A stretch of 64,000 bases of DNA from Octopus vulgaris (Eukaryota): NCBI GenBank assembly GCA_951406725.2, contig OX597826.1, positions 5,518,001 to 5,582,000 of the forward strand, in the 5' to 3' direction. Positions 43,849-58,467 of this stretch are shown piece by piece. Numbering within the stretch: position 1 is the first letter of the stretch; each line of letters begins with the position of its first letter. A program made the position numbers and the translations under genes. The notes beneath the pieces are model-generated. The model had not been told where the DNA came from. It did not search any database and saw only the letters and a program-made list of their open reading frames with translations.

Positions 43849-44511
43849 CCTTAAATTATACAAAACGATGGGGCATTATTTGAGTTTAAATATATTTGTT
43901 TATATATTTATTTCTCGCAAAAAGAAAAGACAGAGAAGGCATGAAAGAGAAAGAAAGTAATGTTATAAATATATAAAATAAATATTTAAAAAAAAAAATT
44001 ATGCAAAATGCCAGTATTTACTCTCAAGCAATGCTGGTATATCTTCAATGTTTAGGATCCATAAATTTTTCTCTTGCTTGTTCAGAAACAAAAATGCAAA
44101 TGAAATACCTAAAGGAATATGTTTTTACATATGATACAAAAATGGTATGTTCGTTCTACAATATGCGTATATATTACATGTGATGTGCAAACTTTCAGTA
44201 TGGTGCTGTATGGAACTAATGTACGTGCGCGAGGATATTTCTTGTGTGTGATTTTGCGGGAATATGTTTGACATATATAAATATATAAGGTGTAAGGGAG
44301 TACGTGGACGATATTTTATGTCTCATTTGTTCTAGAACTACTAGATGTACTGGCGTAAAGTCAACGGTATTCTAGTGTCTGATGATGAAAGTTCTAGCTG
44401 AAAAAACTTTCGCTGACACGAAGAACTGTATCTGAATACTGTAAAAGAGTTACCTGTATCATGGTGGTCATTTGCACCAAGTATTAAAATGAGGACGTTA
44501 CGACTGCTGCT

Positions 44512-44876
44512 GTTGAGCGAACGGTCTTCGTCCCAGAGCTCGCAAGATGGGAGAAGTCCGAAATGTGGTCCTTTGCTATTCGTAATACCCACAGAAGAGA
44601 AAGCATGTCAACCCCCGACAGCGAGAGCATCGACGGATGGATGAATGCGCATCCAAACTCAACGGTTGCGTAGGAAGTCAGGGACAAGAAACTGGAAGTA
44701 ACAGTGAGATAAAGTTGGAGCGAAAGCGTACAACAGGGATCGCCACCTGCCGGAGCCTCGTGGCGCTTTAGGTATTTTCGTTCAATAAGCACACACAACG
44801 CCCGGTCCGGAAAACGAAACCGCGATCCTCTGACCGCGAGTCCGCTGCACTTACCAATCGGCCATTGCGCCTTCAC
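44512..44876 (-). mobile_element. SINE family B variant with an alternative 3' region
   Basis: Family B head at 44876-44690, then a different 3' half; TSD-like TACGACTGCTGCT (44499) / TACGGCTGCTGCT (44877). Confidence 0.82.
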
Positions 44877-45251
44877 TACGGCTGCTGCTCAATGACCTAT
44901 GAACACTGTAAATGTTGGTAAGATATAATATGGGCAGCTGTAGCGGAGACAACGAAAGCTCTGTCTAGCGGAAGTACCACAGCAGGTGTCCTCAGGTGGG
45001 AATGCATCCCCGCATTTTTGAAGTGATACTTATGCTAATTAGCGAAGTTTTGTGAAACTGCTGTGGAATGCAATCAATGCATGGATGGAGATAACTGTTG
45101 CTGGAAGGTCTTTGGTGGCATCAGAATTCGGTTCGTTGCGATACTTCCGGAAAGAATCAGCAGTATACACCAGACAATTCCTACGATATATCCATCTCCA
45201 ATTTCTGACATACTAACTACCGAAATTGTAATCTCATGAATTACTTTGAAT

Positions 45252-45647
45252 ACTCTCTTTACTCTTTTACTTGTTTCAGTCATTTGACTGCGGCTATGCT
45301 GGAGCACCGCCTTTTAGTTGAGCAAATCGACCCCGGGACTTATTCTTTGTAAGCCCAGTACTTATTCTATCGGTCTCTTTTGCCGAACCGCTAATTGACG
45401 GGGACGTAAACACACCAGCATCGGTTGTCAAGCAATGCTAGGGGGACAAACACAGACACACACACGTATATATATACATATATACGACAGGCTTCTTTCA
45501 GTTTCCGTCTACCAAATCTACTCACAAGGCATTGGTCGGCCCGGGGCTATAGCAGAAGACACTTAGCCAAGATGCCACGTAGTGGGACTGAACCCGGAAC
45601 CATGTGGTTGGTTAGCAAGCTACTTACCATACAGCCACTCCTGCGCC
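45252..45647 (-). mobile_element. SINE family C, full length, short internal microsatellite
   Basis: Reverse complement GGCGCAGGAGTGGCTGTATGG...CAAATGACTGAAACAAGTAAAAGAGTAAAG. Confidence 0.95.
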
Positions 45648-47539
45648 TATAATGGTGCACGTTTAAGTAAAACATCGACGCCGTGCCTGCAATATCAACG
45701 GCGAGCTAATAGCCAAGATCAGCGAGAGTACCGGCTTATAAGCAAGGTTATACGCAAAGAAATCCTTGGCAGCCTGCTAGCCTACTCCAGACCGTCCATA
45801 CCAAGAAACTCATGTTGAACGTCATGCCTGCACACTAAGCAACTCTATCATTCACTACTTGAACAAGCAATTTGGAGGTCTATGCGTTCTATATGTTCCG
45901 CTGTTCCGCATAGAGTGATTGCTAACTCGGCAGAACGATGTAACCGCAACACTTCAACTTCTTTACACACCTGTTGATGCAACCAGCTTCCTTCCATAAA
46001 AAAACATTCTGAATTGCGGTGATATCAATGGCATAAACACTTCCATACATGACACAAAAGAAAATATAGGAAATCGTCGGATAAAGTAATCTTTGATACT
46101 GCACAGATTTAAACCGAGGATCAAGAATAGAAATCTCAGTTGTCGCTACCTGTGAGCCAAACTGACGGTTTTATTGCTATTGCCTGTTCATGTACCTTTT
46201 CCACCAGCTATTACTACGTCTACCCAACCGCGCAACTAACTTCATTACAGGATGTTATTTCCACCAACACCGTTATCAATCAACAGCTAGTTAGAGTTCA
46301 CCTTCTCGCTTTGAACTCTGTCGGCTTTGCCTTCACTGTTTGGCGAATGGCTATTGCTAATTTCATAGCTCATTGCTGCCGTCATCACTGTCATAAACAT
46401 CGCGATGTCGGTCACTGCAAATAGTTCCGTTACCATATAACCATCTCTTATTATCATCTGAATACGAAAGCATCAAAACAAGTATACGATGGATATATAA
46501 CTAGTGTCTCCTATAATGTTATCGTCAGTTTGTTCGTTAGCAAAATGGGGAAAGATAATGAAATATTATATTACTTGACACAATAATGGATATTCTGTAT
46601 AATGTTATCTGAAAACTCTCCCGCACTGAAGCTGTTTTCATCTCAATTAAGAGTAGAGTGTGAGGTAAGGTGCCCGAAAAGAAAAAGTCATACATTTGTC
46701 ACTTAAAAACATAACTTAAAGTTGTTTCTTTCGAGATCATTCTTCATGTGATAAAGACCGTTATAATAATTATTTCACCCTAGATAACTTTTTCTTACAA
46801 AATTCGTCAGTCTTTATGTAGAAAGAAAAGGTTTCATTTCCAAGAGATTTGACTACTATTTTAAGCTAGGAGATCGTGACTCCAATGATTGATCGCATCC
46901 GTCTCAATAGCTCAATGGCTATAGAGTGTAACTGCTGAAAAGTGTTATTGTAAAATATGGAAACAGCGTTACTTCATTTTAGGGCCACGAGTTTACGCAT
47001 TGACGGTCATGTGGTGTGTTTTAACGTTCAAAGATAAGAATCGTGATATTCACGTAATCATTTACTTGCCTTCATATCCTTATTTCATTATGCATTGAAA
47101 ATATATTTTCATATTTCAATGTACCATAGTCCGTTTAGACAAAGTTTCACATACACAAGCAAATACATAAATAATATACACGTACATGTGTATGTCTTTG
47201 CGTGTGTGTGTGTATGTGTGTGTGTGTGTGTATGTATGTCTTTGCGTGTGTGTGTGTGTTTGTGCGTCGTGCGCGTGCGTATGATGGACTCACCTGTCTT
47301 GACGACAGGTGAGAAATCCGAAATTGCAGCAGAACAATTTTGCAGAGTTGAATCTTTCACTCATGTTTATAGTGTATAATATCTCACTGTATCTCGGACA
47401 CTCTCGGTATGAAAACAAAATATAACCTCTGCGTAGTTAAGTAATGAGTTCTCTTTCGAATTATACACCTTCCAGATCCCTATAAGTCGTACTGGATTAA
47501 GTATTGGATGAACATTACGCAGCAGGTTGTGATAGATGG

Positions 47540-48220
47540 AACGCAAGATCTCAGCAAAAGTCACTAATGGTGCTCCCAGGGGAATTATTTGGGTCCGCCT
47601 CTACGTAAAGGATATCTCAAAAGGCATCAGCAAAGCAAAATAAAAATATCCCCAAAAGACTCCAAGCTCCAAGAATGGAGACATCCGAACTCAACACCGG
47701 TGTGATCTGTATACTGATGGATAGAGAACATTCGGTTAAATGAGGATAAATTTGAACTGATGCACTTTTGAACAGAATGTACTCTTCGGGTGAATTACAT
47801 CATCTAATAACATATGGGACTTAGGAGTAATTGTTGACAATAATCTCGGCCGGAATGCTCATAACATCAATTACGTAGATATGGGTTGCGGGATGAGCTC
47901 CTGGATCCTAAGAGTTTACAGGTGCAGAAAGCGAGATGTCATCTAAACTCTTTTCTCCTCCTTTGTACTGCAATCGACTGTTGTCTCCTCACGCCAAATA
48001 GGACATTACGGGAATTTCTTCACCTCAGAAAGCAATCGCAAGCAGAATGAAAATCATGACTGGATCTTGATAAATAGGACAGTTTTGAAACCCTGAAACT
48101 TTTGCCCATCACCACGGTGAGTGCTACATCATTTGCACAATGTTGAAAATATACCACTATCATTGACCGAACGACCTTCATATCAAATTCAGAATTCATT
48201 CAAAGTTAGGACGCCCTACC
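47540..48220 (+). mobile_element. Decayed CR1/L2-like LINE reverse transcriptase fragment
   Basis: SAKVTNGAPxG...LGP, DSKL, LNEDKFELMHF, IWDLGVIVDNNL, WILR motifs with frameshifts. Confidence 0.85.
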
Positions 48221-50045
48221 TGAACCGAACATAACAATAAATACTTGTTTTAAATTTATTTAGAAACTATGATGTGTTTGTATTAAGTTAGACATAACTG
48301 AAAGATATTTAAGTTTATCTAAGTTTACATTCAGTACATAGACATGTGAGTATGTGTGTGACCATATCTCTCCCTATTCCTCTCTCCCGCTCTCTGTATT
48401 CTTTATAATCTACCAACCCACACACGCATACACATATACATATATGTAGATTGTCAGATTGACTGACAGACAGACTGATGGATAGATAGATAGATAAATT
48501 GATAGATAGATAATTACAAATATGTACATACATGTGTATATCTGCGTATTTGTGAATGTTTTTGTGTATATTTTTGGATCTGTATAATTTTTATTGACAT
48601 ATTTAGATACACTGTATTCATTAAGAAATTTGTGAGTAACAATTATATTTCTGTTAAAGTTTCTTTCGTATAAAAGAATAGAATATTTGCAATGTGTTCT
48701 TTTATATTGTTTCATTGAAATTTTTGTGCACTTAATTTCATTTTCTTGAAATATTTGTGAAAATAAGAATGACCTGGAAACAATTGAATTTCTTGGGCAA
48801 TTGTTAGCACAGTCACAATCGGTTTTACTATCGCCAACGTTTCTCTGTAAATAAAGCATTCTATACCAAACTACAACATGAAGATATTTCGGGAAAATTT
48901 CAATAAAACATTTCTTGTTAGACTTTAAACAGAAGAGAAAAAAAGGGTTTTTATTCATTTAAGTTTATAAACAAAGGACGCAAAAAGAATTTTATGGGTT
49001 TTGCTTTGTTACAGAACGAACATTTCATTTTCAAATCTAAATTAATTTATTTTCCATTTTACTTTCGGGCTAAATAGAATATTCATTGTTAGAAGCTTTA
49101 AACGAATATATTTAACAAATAATGCCAAGTCATACCTTAAAATGCCACTAGCAGATTCGAAACCATCATGGCAGAGCATATATGTAAGTTTTTCTAAAGA
49201 ATGCAGTAATTGTATTAGCTTATCCCTTTGGCTTCTGCAATAAGCAGAGAAAAAGAAAAATTACTAAGAAGATCGACATTTAAATTTTGTTTCCGCAATG
49301 GGAACAACATATGTAATCACATATTCTAGTACATCTGTATGCACATATGTATGCACACATCAGTGCACACATAACACACACACACACACGCACAGACATG
49401 CGCACAGAAACACAAACACACACGCACACACACACAAGTAAACGCATATATGTATAATTATAGATAATTATTTCTCGTAATATATATACATGTGTCAGTG
49501 TGTTTGTGCGTGTGTTCTCTGTGGGTGTATAAACATATTTTTATATATATTTTATAAGCACATACACACATACACACACACATACAAACACATACACAAA
49601 CACACATACACACATATATATATATACATCAAATGTAATGACAATAGGGTTGAATATATAATGCTTACATTGTTGGTTCGTTGCCCTACAGATGTCAGAT
49701 GGTGGGGGTAATTAAAATAGTTGATGGTTTTGCTGCGATCGTATATGAATGTTGTAATTAATAAAACTCAATCGTGCCCTAGAAATAATGATCTCAGGTT
49801 CGAGGTTGTAAAGGAGAGGGGTTACTACATTAAAGCCAGACACTTCAACGCAGCCAAAGAGCTAATTTATCAATTGTTCCTCCAAGCTATTTTACAATTC
49901 TTTGAGAATGCGTGATGTTGATGTATTCTTTTCCTTCTCTTTTCATTTTATTTCAACAGAACAAAAAAAAAAACTAAACTGAAAGTAAAGCAAAAACAAA
50001 AAACAGATAAAATAAAATGTGTCCAACAGAGAAATTCACAATTCA

Positions 50046-50241
<196 letters not shown>

Positions 50242-52489
50242 TGAAAATGAAAGAAAAAAGAGATAAAGAAAATGACGAAGAAGAGAAGGAAGAATGAAAG
50301 GAAGAAATATTGGAGTAAAACGAACAAGAACAAGGACTTCATCAAAATAATTATATTGATGTGCTTTATTTAAATTTTAGTGAAAAAGTTTTGGATTTCC
50401 TGGTGATAGCTGCAAGCTAACACGATACTCTTGCATGATTGTAGTTCTTCATCCAAATTCGATTCTGTGATCCATTTGAACTATTACACGCATGTAAGTT
50501 ACAATTTTAAAATAAAATAGAATAACGTAGAATATAAACGTCCAGCTAATTGCCGTGACATCGCATATAAGCTGCTCCAAAGGATTGGTTTTTCAACTGG
50601 TGACTCTCTATGATGGGCCACTATGTGAATGTGACCGTCTGTTTTTTTTTTATTCTTGTTGCTTTTTTTCTCTTCTTTTTGTGGTTATCAAGCATAACGA
50701 CTACAACTTCTTCTCAGTCTCTGTGCTGTTGCTCGATCTGCTTGAAATACCTTCTAAATGTTCCGAAAAATCCTAGGTTTTTGATATTAAAGAAGTGGAG
50801 GACATCTTGGATAATGTAGTCCTAAGTACACTATAGCTGAAAATACGCGAGGGTGGTCACGACTAGAACGTCTTTGATTATATCTCTGCTCGAGCGGAGC
50901 TGTCCTGGGCCTGAATAATAACAACATCACTAGAATGATGCTTGTGGCATAAAGCAGAAGATAAGTACTCACGGAGGCGAACATTGGACTAATTTTTCTA
51001 TAAAAATATTTGACGTCATTTCACTTCATTGACGTCACATATTTCTAAGGATAAATGTGAATACTGTATTTTGCTTAATTTTATTGTCGTTCTCATAAAT
51101 ACAATTTAGAATTATGTCACCAGGTCAGAAGTAAATGTATAATCACTTAAGAATAATATGTGAACCTACCACGTCACTCCTTCTCCTAAGACCTCTTAAC
51201 ACAATAAAGTCGCTGTTTTCTGTTATCTTCGGTATGAAAGAAATCGTAATGTTTCAATATGGCTGTGCTACACAATAAAGATATGAAAGAAATGTTATTC
51301 CTTAGCACGGAACAAAAGTTATATACAATAGAGTGGGGTTATTTGTAATGGCTAGAAGAATTCGTATACCCTCTCCCTAAAACCACGGAGAGTGGAAAAC
51401 AACATGGCAACAACGTGGGTTCATGAAACGACTGTCAAATTAGAATATTTATTTGTGAAAGAGTATGTCCAGTAAAGAACGCAATTATGACATATCTATG
51501 TCACATATAGGTTCGGAGGAATATTTGCAAACGAAACAGATAATTTGGGGAGTAATTTGAATATCGAGTCTATCTTAGTATCATTTCATTTTGCAAAATA
51601 CATCTCTATGTCTAAAATCTAGTGTTCAGTACCATTGTTTGAGTTTTTACAGAAGTTGAATTCATAGCGATGGTGTATCAAATAAAATATTAAAAGGTTT
51701 TTATTTTAAAACTATCTTAGAAGAAATAATAATTACTTTATTTATTCGGTTTTTGCCATTTTGAAAATACTTTCTGCGTTTTATTTATCTTAATTTCAAG
51801 TCTAGACTTTTAAGATTTGCATCTCTACAATAGAAATGTCAATTCATGCAACACAACATAAACGTAATCAGATTCCAGGTCAACCATAATAACATTAAGT
51901 CGAAATATAAAATTTCAAAACAAAATATAAACGAACAATTCACATACACAATGGTAGTAAACAAAAAACACAAATGTGAAGAAGACGAATGGAAGTACGT
52001 GATACAGTAAAATTATTATATCGATCCATGGATGGTGAGAGTTTAACATAGTCACGTTAAGCAAATTTATTTGATAACCAATGCAATGTATTGATTTTCT
52101 TTCGTTTTGATGGACTTAACTCATTTTAACCGATTTTTATCTTAGCTAACATCCTTTCTAAAACGAAGGCAATGCAGAGTTATGTTTCTTGGATATGGAA
52201 CATCGACTGTTTTGATAAAAGTCTCAGATATTGTCTGCTAGGAAACCTGACCGTATGTCGCTTCCATCGTTTTGCTCTCTGATTACAGATATGCAAAAAT
52301 ACATATCGACATACATCGGGGCACCCCTCCTCTTACACACACACACACACACTCACACACACTCACACACATACACACAAACACACACACACATATACAT
52401 ATAAATATGTATGCGTGTGTGTACATATATATATATATGTATATATGTGTATGTGTGTATGTGTGTCTGTGTGTGTGTGTGTTTGTGTG

Positions 52490-52597
52490 TGCGACCGAGT
52501 GTGTATCGTTGGCGATTTTCTTTCTCCGTCTTCCTTTCTTGAGCTACACTTGTTCCACGTCCTCGCGTTGCTGTGTTTTCTCTTTGTTCATGTTTGG

Positions 52598-52600
<3 letters not shown>
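52490..52600 (+). mobile_element. Deleted copy of the 10400-10604 Penelope-like repeat
   Basis: GACCGAGTGTGTATCGTTGGCGAT...TTGTTCCACGTCCTCGCGTTG...GTTTGGATTA matches the reverse complement of the 10.4-kb copy. Confidence 0.65.
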
Positions 52601-52643
<43 letters not shown>

Positions 52644-52646
52644 AGG

Positions 52647-53116
<470 letters not shown>

Positions 53117-54337
53117 CCTTCTCTCGTCGTGAACAAAAAATCAAGGTTCAGTAAAATAAATCTGCAATACTGTTCTATGCTCACCATGTGTCTCTCCGCT
53201 GGTGCGTTTCAAACCTTTCGGCAAAGGCAACTTGTTCAAGTCTCAGTTTGCTCGAGTGCTTGTGAATCATTTCCTACTTTCTGGAATGGACAGCGATGAC
53301 CGGCCTGATTTGCTTCGTGACACAAAACCACAATAAAACGTAAGGTTTCCATTTGGAAGAGCAGCATTTTGCCAGCGTCCCTTCATGCTTGCAAGCAGGA
53401 AGTGGGTCCCGATGCTGGAGTCGACTTTGCTCAAACTTTTGTACTGAGACGAAGCCATCCCACTGGCTAGGCGAGCAGGACAACATTCTTCCCTGATCGA
53501 AAGCAGTTCTGCAGTAACGTTAAATAAATTGTTTTTTTCAAGAACACAGCGCGCTGCCCAGTTACGGAATCCCACCTTCGATCTAGTGATTGTGAGTGCA
53601 ACGTCCTATATTAAAATGTCTTTCATTTTGACCACGTCAGTCACTTGTGACTCTGAACTTCGCCTTTGGGTGGTCAGAATATTCACGGCAACAATAGCTG
53701 AAATTGATGAGATTTTTACATCAATATATAGGTTTCCTGTCATAGCGTGTGGTGGTAGAGCGGAAATATTGTAATGGCAGAATAGAAAAGAAGAAGAGAA
53801 AAAGAAGGAAGTAAAATAAGGAGATGTAGAAAAAGAAAGGAAGGAAAAGAAGAAAAGGGAACAGATATAAAGAAGTAAGGTGAAATGGAAAAAACAAAGA
53901 ATAATAAACCGATAATGATAGGACGAAAGGAAGAGAAAATTTTGATTGGTAACGAAAAAGTAAGGGTAGAAGGATTTGAATGGTCAAAGAATGCAAAGGA
54001 AAAATTCAATAGAAAAAAAGCAGATAAGCAGATAAATTAAGTTCGGAAATATTGATATTTAAGGGTAAAAACGGATGAAGAAATAAATGAATCAAATTAA
54101 TGACATGACTGTTAAAATATGTAACAGCAATGGTGCTTATTTAAAGGAATGGTAAAATGAGGTGGGAGTGACTGTGGTAATTGTGTATAAATGAATAAAC
54201 TGAATAATATATATATGTAATATTATAATATAATGTAATATAATATAATATAATATAATATAATATAATATGATATAGTAAAATATAATATACTATAATA
54301 CAATATAATATATATTATATGTATTATACATTATATA

Positions 54338-54370
<33 letters not shown>

Positions 54371-54545
54371 TCCGAGCACGGAATTTTGTCAGTGAAATGG
54401 TTGCGGTCTCAAAGCGACGAAAAGTGAATCTAGTTTATTTTGTGTTTCTTAAATGGCTTATAAGCACCTTCCACGCTGCAATAGTTTTCGTTCCAGCACA
54501 CGATCTCAGATCAGGTCACTTGCTATGCAAGTACATCTCCGTGTA

Positions 54546-54604
<59 letters not shown>

Positions 54605-54894
54605 GGATATGTACTTGCTGCGTAAGGTACATTTGCTGCGTAAGGTATATTACGAAAAGGTACAAAAATGTATGTAATGGCAAGTGTAAGGTCAACAAGC
54701 AAGTGTATTTACATAACGCTCGGGTAAAATGGGTAAGTCATTTACCTGTCGAACGTATACTCTTCGAAAGAAAGGACTGAAAGGAAAAGAATAGAGAGAA
54801 AAAGAAAAACGGGGACATACAAATGTGCAGTGTTGAATGGTCCACACATACACACACTGACACACACACACACGCCTACACACACACATATACA

Positions 54895-55940
54895 TGCGTT
54901 GTACAAATTAATTGAAACACCTAGCATCAGAATTTTGAAATATCTATAAAACCATCAAAAGTTTCTTTTTTTTTAAGATTTTTGATTTATTATTACTGTT
55001 GGTTAATATGTTTTGCTAAACGTACTGTTTATTTTCGGATATCATCAGAAAAAAAGTTATTAAAATTCATTAAAATAACAGATCCATCGAACTATGTTGA
55101 GTGATTTTCTCGTATGAGTACAAACTGGGTCGTTCTGCTGCAGAAGCTCTACGGAATATCAAGCGGGACTTTGGTAATGGTTTGTTGACATCAGAGGTTT
55201 TGAGAGATGATTCCACAGGTCTTGTTCAGGAGGTAATAGCTTTGAAAAGAAACCAAGGAATAGGACAAAATCAGTTATTCGGCATAATGGATTAAATACT
55301 TTGGTTGAACACTAATCGAGAACAAAGGTTCAAATACTTTCATCAGATCTCCAAACATCTCACAACCGTTTTTGGACACCTGTAAAAAATTGGAAAAGTC
55401 AAGAAAACGGATGGGTTTGTCCTACATCCACTGAACGAGATTCAATAAAACAGACGCCTCGAAGTGTGCTCCTCTAATGCTTTCTTGACAGGAAAAGACC
55501 ATTTTTGCATCAAATCCCTACTTGTGATGAGAAATGGATACTCTTTGACAACAACAGGAGAACAGGACAGTGATTAGATACAGGAGAGTCTCCTAAACAC
55601 TACCCAAACTCACCATTGTACCCTAAAAAGTTAGTGGTCACTCTATGGTGGTCTGCGAAGGGACTTATTCATTATTTATTTTTGCAACAAGGAAAAACGG
55701 TAACAGCATCATATTGCAGGAAATTGGTTGTATGCATTAGAATTTGAAAAAGAAGCAACCCAGTCTAATGGATAGAGATGGCCCAATTTTGCTCCACGAC
55801 AATGCAGTGCTGACACTCCCCAAGCTACGGTCCAAAAGTTACAAAGCCTGAATTTTGAGATTTTGCGAAATCCTCCCAATTCCGCTGATATCTCTCTTAC
55901 TGCTCATCACGTATTTAGGTATTTGAGCTTTTCATAATGG
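54895..55940 (+). mobile_element. Mariner transposon, decayed and 3' truncated
   Basis: YEYKLGRSAAEA, FVLHPLNE, TCDEKWILFDN, KKLVVTLWWS, ILLHDNA, PPNSADISLT; many stops and frameshifts. Confidence 0.92.
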
Positions 55941-56054
55941 TCACAGGTTCGTGTGTCACATAGCTAGGTAGTGGCGATGACCTCTTGGAGCTAATCAACG
56001 GCCGCATTCATCCTATTTTTCTAGACTGCCTTGTTAACTTGGTGATAACTATTA

Positions 56055-56125
<71 letters not shown>

Positions 56126-56957
56126 AATACATATATATACAAGAAGACATACATTCATAGATACATACATAAATATATACATACAATGTCTGTGTCTTTG
56201 TGCGCATTAACTTTTGACATTTCTTGTGTGTTTTTTAATTATTTTATGGTTTGTTTTGTTTTAATTAGAATGGTAAAATTCTTATCTCGGAGTTCATTGT
56301 TCTCAGTAAAGGAAGTAATCATTTGTCACCTTCCAAGAAACGAAAAATTCTATCACCCCACAATGAAGATAATCAATTTGAAACCATCAAAATGAAATTG
56401 AAAGGAAAGTAAATTAATCATTTCTTTTACAATGAACACTCACAATGTCATCACAATAAAGAATATGTTCAGCTAGCAGACATCTATATCCGATATTGCA
56501 AGAGAGAAGACCTTTTCTCATTTAATTAAAATATTTACTTGAAGCGATGGAATTTTATATCCCTAAAATTCGGTTGAAACTAGAAATAGAAAATAACATT
56601 ACAGATAGAAGATATACAGTCGGCAACTTTCTTCTTGTATAGGTCGATAAATATCTCTTACCTATTATATAGTCATAATATATATTGCTGAGTTTTAATC
56701 GTAATATTCAGCGATTGTTTCCTGCAATGTCAAAGATGTTTTGTTCTTTTTCTGTTTTACTAAACACTCATTGTGTGCAAGTTTATATCCGGACAACAAA
56801 TTCATAATACACGATATCTCTGAAAATGTAATTCACGGAGATACCTTAGCATACACTGAAAATATGGAATAAGGAAAAGAATGTTCTTTTTGACATTGAG
56901 TATCCAGTGGTTCGATGAACTAACATGCTCGTTTAATTATATGTATAAGTTGTTCAA

Positions 56958-57186
56958 GGCGGCGAGCTGGCAGAATCGTTAGCACGCCGGGCGAAGTGCG
57001 TAGCCGTATTTCGTCTTCGGTTACGTTCTGGGTTCAAATTCCGCCGAGGTCGACTTTGCCTTTCATCCTTTCGGGGTCGATAAATTAAGTACCAGTTACG
57101 CACTGCGGTCGATGTAATCGACTTAATCCGTTTGTCTGACCTTGTTTGTCCCCTCTGTGTTTAGTCCCTTGTGGGTAGTAAAGAAA
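56958..57186 (+). mobile_element. SINE family A, well preserved
   Basis: Complete head and body; TSD TATATGTATAAGTTGTT at 56938 and 57187. Confidence 0.95.
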
Positions 57187-57352
57187 TATATGTATAAGTT
57201 GTTGAATGTTGCAATATTACATGTGCATTGAATATTATAATCAGACCGAACCAGTGTGACAAGGCTTGATCATTACATTACATATACAAGCAGTGCAATA
57301 AGCCTCGAAACATGTTCCACATGACTGTTTCCATTCACAGCGTTTTGGTCAG

Positions 57353-57805
57353 CTGATGACGGTCAAGGCTGATCTGGAACCCAACATAGGCCCCCATGTC
57401 TACGGCTTTCGCCGCTGGAATGAGGAGTGGTTGGCAAACACACGGTCGTTAGCCTCAACTCGCCAGGCCTGGTCGGCGTTTGTGAGAGATGCAGCATTGA
57501 GGATAAATGAAGCCAGCTCAACCCACCACGGGTGAATGCTGTAAAGAAGAAGAAGAAGAAGAAGAAGAAGAAGAAGAAGAAGAAGAAGAAGAAGAAGAAG
57601 AAGAAGAAGAAGAAGAAGAAGAAGAAGAAGAAGACGAAGAAGAAGAAGAAGAAGACGAAGAAGAAGAAGAAGAAGAAGAAGAAGAAGACGAAGAAGAAGA
57701 AGAAGAAGAAGAAGAAGACGAAGAAGAAGAAGAAGAAGAAGAAGAAGAAGAAGAAGAAGAAGAAGAAGAAGAAGAAGAAGAAGAAGAAGAAGAAGAAGAA
57801 GAAGA
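57353..57805 (+). mobile_element. 5'-truncated RTE-type LINE 3' end with (GAA)n tail
   Basis: Open frame 57353-57535 TVKADLEPNIGPHVYGFRRWNEEW...LASTRQAWSAFVRDA...STHHG*, (GAA)n at 57545-57805, flanked by a 71-bp direct repeat. Confidence 0.85.
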
Positions 57806-58425
57806 ATATACAAGCAGTATAATAAGCCTCGAAACATGTACCACATGACTGTTTCCATTCGCAGTGTTTTGATCAGTCTCTCGGTATAGTAAAAAATACT
57901 GGTCTAAAATGCTACACCGTGTACAGGACATCACAATCTTGAAGTAGACGTCTTGGCTGTTCGACTATGCTCGTCAGTCGAGCGGCAACACGCCACAAGA
58001 AACTCTTCTAAGTTAAATAGAATATTTCTGCATCTTGAGTTGACTGGAAATTTAGCCACTTCCCCTCAAGAATTACAATAACAATGCTCACTTCAAAATT
58101 TACGACAGATTCTAACATTCAAAATGGTAATTCAAACAGTTTAGAAAAATGACATCAGAACGAAATAATTATTAAGGAAGAATAAGTTAAGAAAGTATGG
58201 TACACGATTAGAGACTACATAATTAAACATTCTTGTTGACAGCGTGATTAAATCAATTAAAATATAACGAAGTGATGACGTTAGAATTAATGACTGGCAA
58301 TGTGAATTTCATTAGTAAAATCTATACGGAAACAATGAAGACATTGTAAAATCAGATGATTTTATTGCTATACGACTAAACCGACCAGGAAAAGAATTAG
58401 AATATTCAACGTCTTACAGCTGAAC

Positions 58426-58465
<40 letters not shown>

Positions 58466-58467
<2 letters not shown>

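Larger units (their letters stand above)
40950..44340 (+). pseudogene. Candidate decayed Toll-like receptor pseudogene 7
   Basis: SLKGLQHL (41220), DLKLRVLEI (~41307), LTNIRILD (42408), PSAFDILLN (~43270), NPIV*YFICE (43391); TIR-like FTYDT (~44124) and DFAG...NI*GVRE...ILCLI (44250-) in one frame. Confidence 0.45.

Noticed and set aside
44350-46130. R2/NeSL-like RT remnant (SEMWSFAIRNT, HYLNKQFGGLCV)
   Set aside because: The first motif falls inside the minus-strand SINE tail; the remaining GGL motif alone is insufficient
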